Source: Flavobacterium sp. (lineage in GTDB: Bacteria > Bacteroidota > Bacteroidia > Flavobacteriales > Flavobacteriaceae). From it: a DNA stretch of 64,000 bases. The translations under genes were made by a program, and so were the position numbers. The notes beneath the pieces are model-generated. The model was not told the origin of the DNA and made no database searches. It saw only the letters and a list, made by a program, of their open reading frames with translations. Of the stretch, positions 60,408-64,000 are shown one piece after another. How positions within the stretch are numbered: the first letter of the stretch is position 1; each line of letters begins with the position of its first letter. The DNA lies in assembly GCF_041392085.1 (NCBI RefSeq), contig NZ_JAWKMW010000006.1:154714-218713 (forward strand), in the 5' to 3' direction.

Positions 60408-61922
60408 TTATTGAACTGCTGTCAACGCATTGATGATTCCGTGACCAAATTGCGAGTTTTTGGTAGGGTAAAATTGTGAAGACTGTTTCATCTTAGTAAG
60501 GACTTGAGTTTTTGTCCAACTTGGATTTTTAGCCCAAACCAATGCTGCAATACCGGCAGTAGTGGCAGTAGCTACAGATGATCCTCCTACATAATCTGCT
60601 TGGTTATTATAGTAACTTAACACCGGAACTGTATTACCTGTTCCGGCACGCTCCATCATAATGGTAAAATCAATTTCAGCCCCACTATGACAAACATCAC
60701 ATTTTTGGTAGGTAGAAGCTTCTTTTATTCCGGTAACCGCTACCGTCTCTGGCATCCAAGCAGGAAAAATTACACCAACAAAATTGGTGAATGAAGTGGA
60801 TGTTCCACCGGCACAAAAAATTAACTTCCCTTTATTATTGGCATAACGTACTCCGTCTGTAATTCTCCCTACTGAGAAGATATGTCCCATAGACATGGAA
60901 ATGATTTTCACATCTGAACGATTTCCTAATGCAGTAAACGCATTTTGAACCCCTTTTTGTTCATGATAACCATTCAAAACTACATCGGAGGAAGCACGAT
61001 AGGAAACTAAATTAGCATTATAAGCTACTCCAACGGGCAAACCGGCATTATTTCGAGGAGCGGTTGCCACAGAAGACATGCTTGTTCCATGACTACACAA
61101 ATCATTCACACCATCAGTTGTAGTAGACCACGGCCAAACAGAATCAACATAAGTTCCGTATTTTTGTACAAAACGTCCTGAAGATTGCCCTGTATTAAAA
61201 CTTCCATTCATCAGAGATTGTTGAGGTGACAGACCTGTATCAACTACTCCAATAGTTATACCACTTCCTGATGTCAAACTCCAAGCAGCCGGAATATTAT
61301 GTTTATAAAAAGCCCAAGGCACTCTTGCATTAGGTGCAACAGTTGTATAATCTGCCGTGCTTAACGTCGATGAACTATAGCCACAGCCGGAACTTGATTG
61401 AACTTCATTATCTCCCGGGCTCCCTTGATTTTCATAGGTAAAATAGCGGTAATCTGCCGGTTCAACATAGCGAACATTTCGGTTTCTTCGGAGAGCTTCT
61501 AATGTTTCTTGTTTGGTAATTCGAACGTCAATTAAATTAAGAAATGAATCTTCATAAATCAGAATGTCTTCTGTCTGATCCGTTTCATAACGTTTAATTA
61601 AATTTAAAATTTCGGTTTGCATTTGGTTCGCCGAATTGGATAACGAACGATCAAAATCATTGTTGTTTTTACCAAACCCAATGGTAACTAAATTATTTCC
61701 TTTTAATACAGCACTCCACAACATGTGTGTACTAGCTTCTTTCCAATAAAACTTTTTACCGTTTTGATTAAATGAATTGATTTTGTCATTAATCTGACGG
61801 GCTGTTAGTGGGTCTTGTTGATTTTCAATAATAATTAATTCTTCTTTAAAATCTTCTTCTTTTGAACAAGAAGCAAAAACCAATAATGCCAAAACTGAAA
61901 TTTTGATTACATTTTTTATCAT
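60408..61922 (-). CDS. S8 (subtilisin-like) serine peptidase lipoprotein
   Basis: Lipobox FASC; VVDTG, SHGT, GGSSVATA...AGIAALV. Confidence 0.9.
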   Translation of the reverse strand: MIKNVIKISVLALLVFASCSKEEDFKEELIIIENQQDPLTARQINDKINSFNQNGKKFYWKEASTHMLWSAVLKGNNLVTIGFGKNNNDFDRSLSNSANQMQTEILNLIKRYETDQTEDILIYEDSFLNLIDVRITKQETLEALRRNRNVRYVEPADYRYFTYENQGSPGDNEVQSSSGCGYSSSTLSTADYTTVAPNARVPWAFYKHNIPAAWSLTSGSGITIGVVDTGLSPQQSLMNGSFNTGQSSGRFVQKYGTYVDSVWPWSTTTDGVNDLCSHGTSMSSVATAPRNNAGLPVGVAYNANLVSYRASSDVVLNGYHEQKGVQNAFTALGNRSDVKIISMSMGHIFSVGRITDGVRYANNKGKLIFCAGGTSTSFTNFVGVIFPAWMPETVAVTGIKEASTYQKCDVCHSGAEIDFTIMMERAGTGNTVPVLSYYNNQADYVGGSSVATATTAGIAALVWAKNPSWTKTQVLTKMKQSSQFYPTKNSQFGHGIINALTAVQ

Positions 61923-62004
61923 ACTTATACTTTTTTAGCTTTAGTATAACGAATATAACAATAAAATGATTTAAAAAATAAATAGTTAATAAATAGTTAA
62001 TAAA

Positions 62005-62034
62005 AAAAGGCTGATGTAGATACATCAACCTTTT
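62005..62034 (-). terminator. Terminator after ompW
   Basis: aaaaggctgatgt-agat-acatcaacctttt. Confidence 0.78.
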
Positions 62035-62070
62035 CAATAATAAATAGAAGAAATAAACCAATTCTTTATA

Positions 62071-62754
62071 TTAAAATTTCATACCAAAACCTAGGCCAAT
62101 AATCCATGGATTTATATCAACTTCAGCGGGAATAATTAACCCTTCTGCTAAGTTCGTTGCATCTACAGAAACATCTGTTTTTAAGAACAACCGTTTTACA
62201 TCAAAATTCACAAAAAAAGTATCATCAAACATAACATCAAAACCAACCTGAGCAGCAAAACCGATAGCATTATCATACTCAACACCTTTCACAATACTAC
62301 CCTCTTTTACATTATAAAATAAAGTATAATTGACTCCCGCTCCAAGATAAGGCTTAAATTTTTTGTCTTTTAACGGGAAGAAGTGATATTGAGCAGTCAA
62401 TGTGGGTGGCAATAGCATTACGCTTCCTAAATCTACATTAAAAGTTGTTGGTCCACCTATGGCAGAAATATCAGAACCAACGGTGTTAACATCATGTTTT
62501 GTTGTGCCTAAAATTAATTCTGCTGCAAAGTTTTTGGTAAAAAAATAGGTAAAATCCAATTCCGGAACAATCTCATTAGAAATGGCTACATCTCCTTCAA
62601 TAATTCCGATAGTAGCACTTTCGTTTGGTACTACACCAATACCTCTTAAACGAACTTGCCATCTCTTAAAATCACTACTTTTTTCTTCCTGAGCTTGTGT
62701 GAAATTTGTAATGAACAATGACATTATTACAAATGCATAAACTATTTTTTTCAT
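62071..62754 (-). CDS. ompW: OmpW family outer membrane protein
   Basis: PELDFTYFF, AELILGT, LLPPTLTAQYHF, PYLGAGVNY, INPW, C-terminal F. Confidence 0.92.
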   Translation of the reverse strand: MKKIVYAFVIMSLFITNFTQAQEEKSSDFKRWQVRLRGIGVVPNESATIGIIEGDVAISNEIVPELDFTYFFTKNFAAELILGTTKHDVNTVGSDISAIGGPTTFNVDLGSVMLLPPTLTAQYHFFPLKDKKFKPYLGAGVNYTLFYNVKEGSIVKGVEYDNAIGFAAQVGFDVMFDDTFFVNFDVKRLFLKTDVSVDATNLAEGLIIPAEVDINPWIIGLGFGMKF

Positions 62755-62780
62755 TTTTATTATTTATTAAAATTACAGTT

Positions 62781-62824
62781 CAAAAGTAATTTTAACAAAA
62801 GACACGATTACTGATAAAAGTCAT
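62781..62824 (-). promoter_or_regulatory. ompW promoter with variant ATGA-N6-TCA(T/G) box
   Basis: TACTTTTG (62788-62781), 22 nt, CTGAtaaaagTCAT 62811-62824. Confidence 0.62.
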
Positions 62825-62894
62825 TGAATGAAAAATATTTCTACAGTATAAAATGTTAGATTTCGTAAAAATTTGTTCATACATTTGCACTCCT

Positions 62895-63347
62895 ATGCAA
62901 AAAACGATCAACATACTGAACAGAAGAGCCAAATTTGATTATGAAATTTTGGAGCGATATGATGCAGGAATTGTTTTAACAGGAACTGAAATTAAATCTA
63001 TCCGTTTAGGTAAAGCGTCTATTACAGAAAGTTTTTGTGAATTTCATAAACATGAATTATTTGTCATTAATTCACAAATTGAAGAATATTCCTTTGGTAC
63101 GCATTATAATCATAAAGCAAAAAGCGAACGAAAACTTTTATTAAACAGAAAAGAACTGAAAAGCTTGGAAAAAAGTTTACAAAATAAAGGATTAACTATT
63201 GTTCCCCTACGTATGTTTATCAATGATAAAGGATTGGCAAAAATGGAAATTGCCTTGTGTCGTGGAAAGAAAAACTATGACAAACGAGAAACCATTAAAG
63301 ACCGAGATACCCAACGAGATATTGATAGGGTAAAGAAAAGTTTCTAA
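62895..63347 (+). CDS. smpB: SsrA-binding protein
   Basis: NRRAKFDY, GIVLTGTEIKS, RKLLL, GKKNYDKR. Likely start ATG 62895. Confidence 0.97.
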   Translation: MQKTINILNRRAKFDYEILERYDAGIVLTGTEIKSIRLGKASITESFCEFHKHELFVINSQIEEYSFGTHYNHKAKSERKLLLNRKELKSLEKSLQNKGLTIVPLRMFINDKGLAKMEIALCRGKKNYDKRETIKDRDTQRDIDRVKKSF

Positions 63348-63985
63348 TTTTTATCCTCTAACAACGGTACAAACCGAAATTCTCCAAATTCATGTTTTTC
63401 AAACTGGGTCTCGTTTTTACGAAGTAGTAAAGTCATAATTTGTTCTTTTTCACCAAGAGGAATAACTAACCTTCCTCCTATTTTAAGCTGAGCCATTAAA
63501 GGTTTTGGGATTACAGGAGCCCCCGCCGTTACAATAATACTGTCGAATGGAGCATAATTAATCAGACCTTTATATCCATCTCCAAACGATAAGTGCTTAG
63601 GGCGAATTCCTAATTTTGGTAACAATAGTGAAGTGGTTTTGAATAACTCATTTTGTCTCTCAACCGAATATACTTTTGCCCCCATCGAACATAAAACAGC
63701 TGTTTGATAACCTGAACCAGTTCCTATTTCAAGTATTTTATCTCCTTTTTTAACTGCTAATAATTGTGATTGAAAAGCAACAGTGAAAGGCTGTGAAATA
63801 GTTTGACCGGCTCCAATCGGAAAAGCCTTATCTTGGTATGCAAATTGTTCAAAACCGGAATCAAGAAATAAATGCCTTGGTATTTTACGTATCGCCTCCA
63901 AAACATTATTATCTGTTATTCCTTTTTCTTTCAATAATTTTACTAATTGATTTCGAAGACCTTGATGTTTTTCTGTATCTCTCAC
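63344..63985 (-). CDS. pcm: Protein-L-isoaspartate O-methyltransferase
   Basis: PRHLF, GQTISQP, LEIGTGSGYQ, IIVTAGA, FVPLL. Confidence 0.96.
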   Translation of the reverse strand: MRDTEKHQGLRNQLVKLLKEKGITDNNVLEAIRKIPRHLFLDSGFEQFAYQDKAFPIGAGQTISQPFTVAFQSQLLAVKKGDKILEIGTGSGYQTAVLCSMGAKVYSVERQNELFKTTSLLLPKLGIRPKHLSFGDGYKGLINYAPFDSIIVTAGAPVIPKPLMAQLKIGGRLVIPLGEKEQIMTLLLRKNETQFEKHEFGEFRFVPLLEDKN

Positions 63986-64000
63986 TTGAATAACTGTTTT

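Overview
AT-rich chromosomal segment of a Flavobacterium-like Bacteroidota, judged from gene content, TTTG-N19-20-TAnnTTTG promoters and A-rich translation starts. About 2.3-46 kb is a dense low-oxygen, nitrosative-stress and sulfide module. It holds an RND efflux operon, a Crp/Fnr regulator, two Rrf2 regulators, ric, a truncated haemoglobin, a complete clade II nos cluster (cyt c, nosZ, nosB-nosL fusion, nosDFY) and a divergent copper-uptake-like operon headed by a Cys-containing ORF ending in FHPP. It continues with a TetR/TolC/HlyD/ABC exporter, nadAB followed by a NorC/NorB-like heme-copper oxidase pair with a non-canonical active site, a class III RNR whose glycyl-radical loop sits on a separate 56-aa ORF, and sqr, cydAB, a Tll0287-like cytochrome and a peroxiredoxin. 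Two different 14-bp palindromes (ATGA-N6-TCAT and GTAAC-N4-GTTAC) lie 22 nt (once 23 nt) upstream of the -7 promoter element at 7 and 5 promoters, defining two apparent regulons. A third 24-bp operator precedes nadA and nrdD. The rest is housekeeping (tRNA-Tyr, guaB, ligA, uvrD/pcrA, M1 peptidase, tRNA-Pro, ompW, smpB, pcm). No integrase, transposase, prophage or CRISPR array was seen. All family calls come from motif recognition by eye, not database searches.
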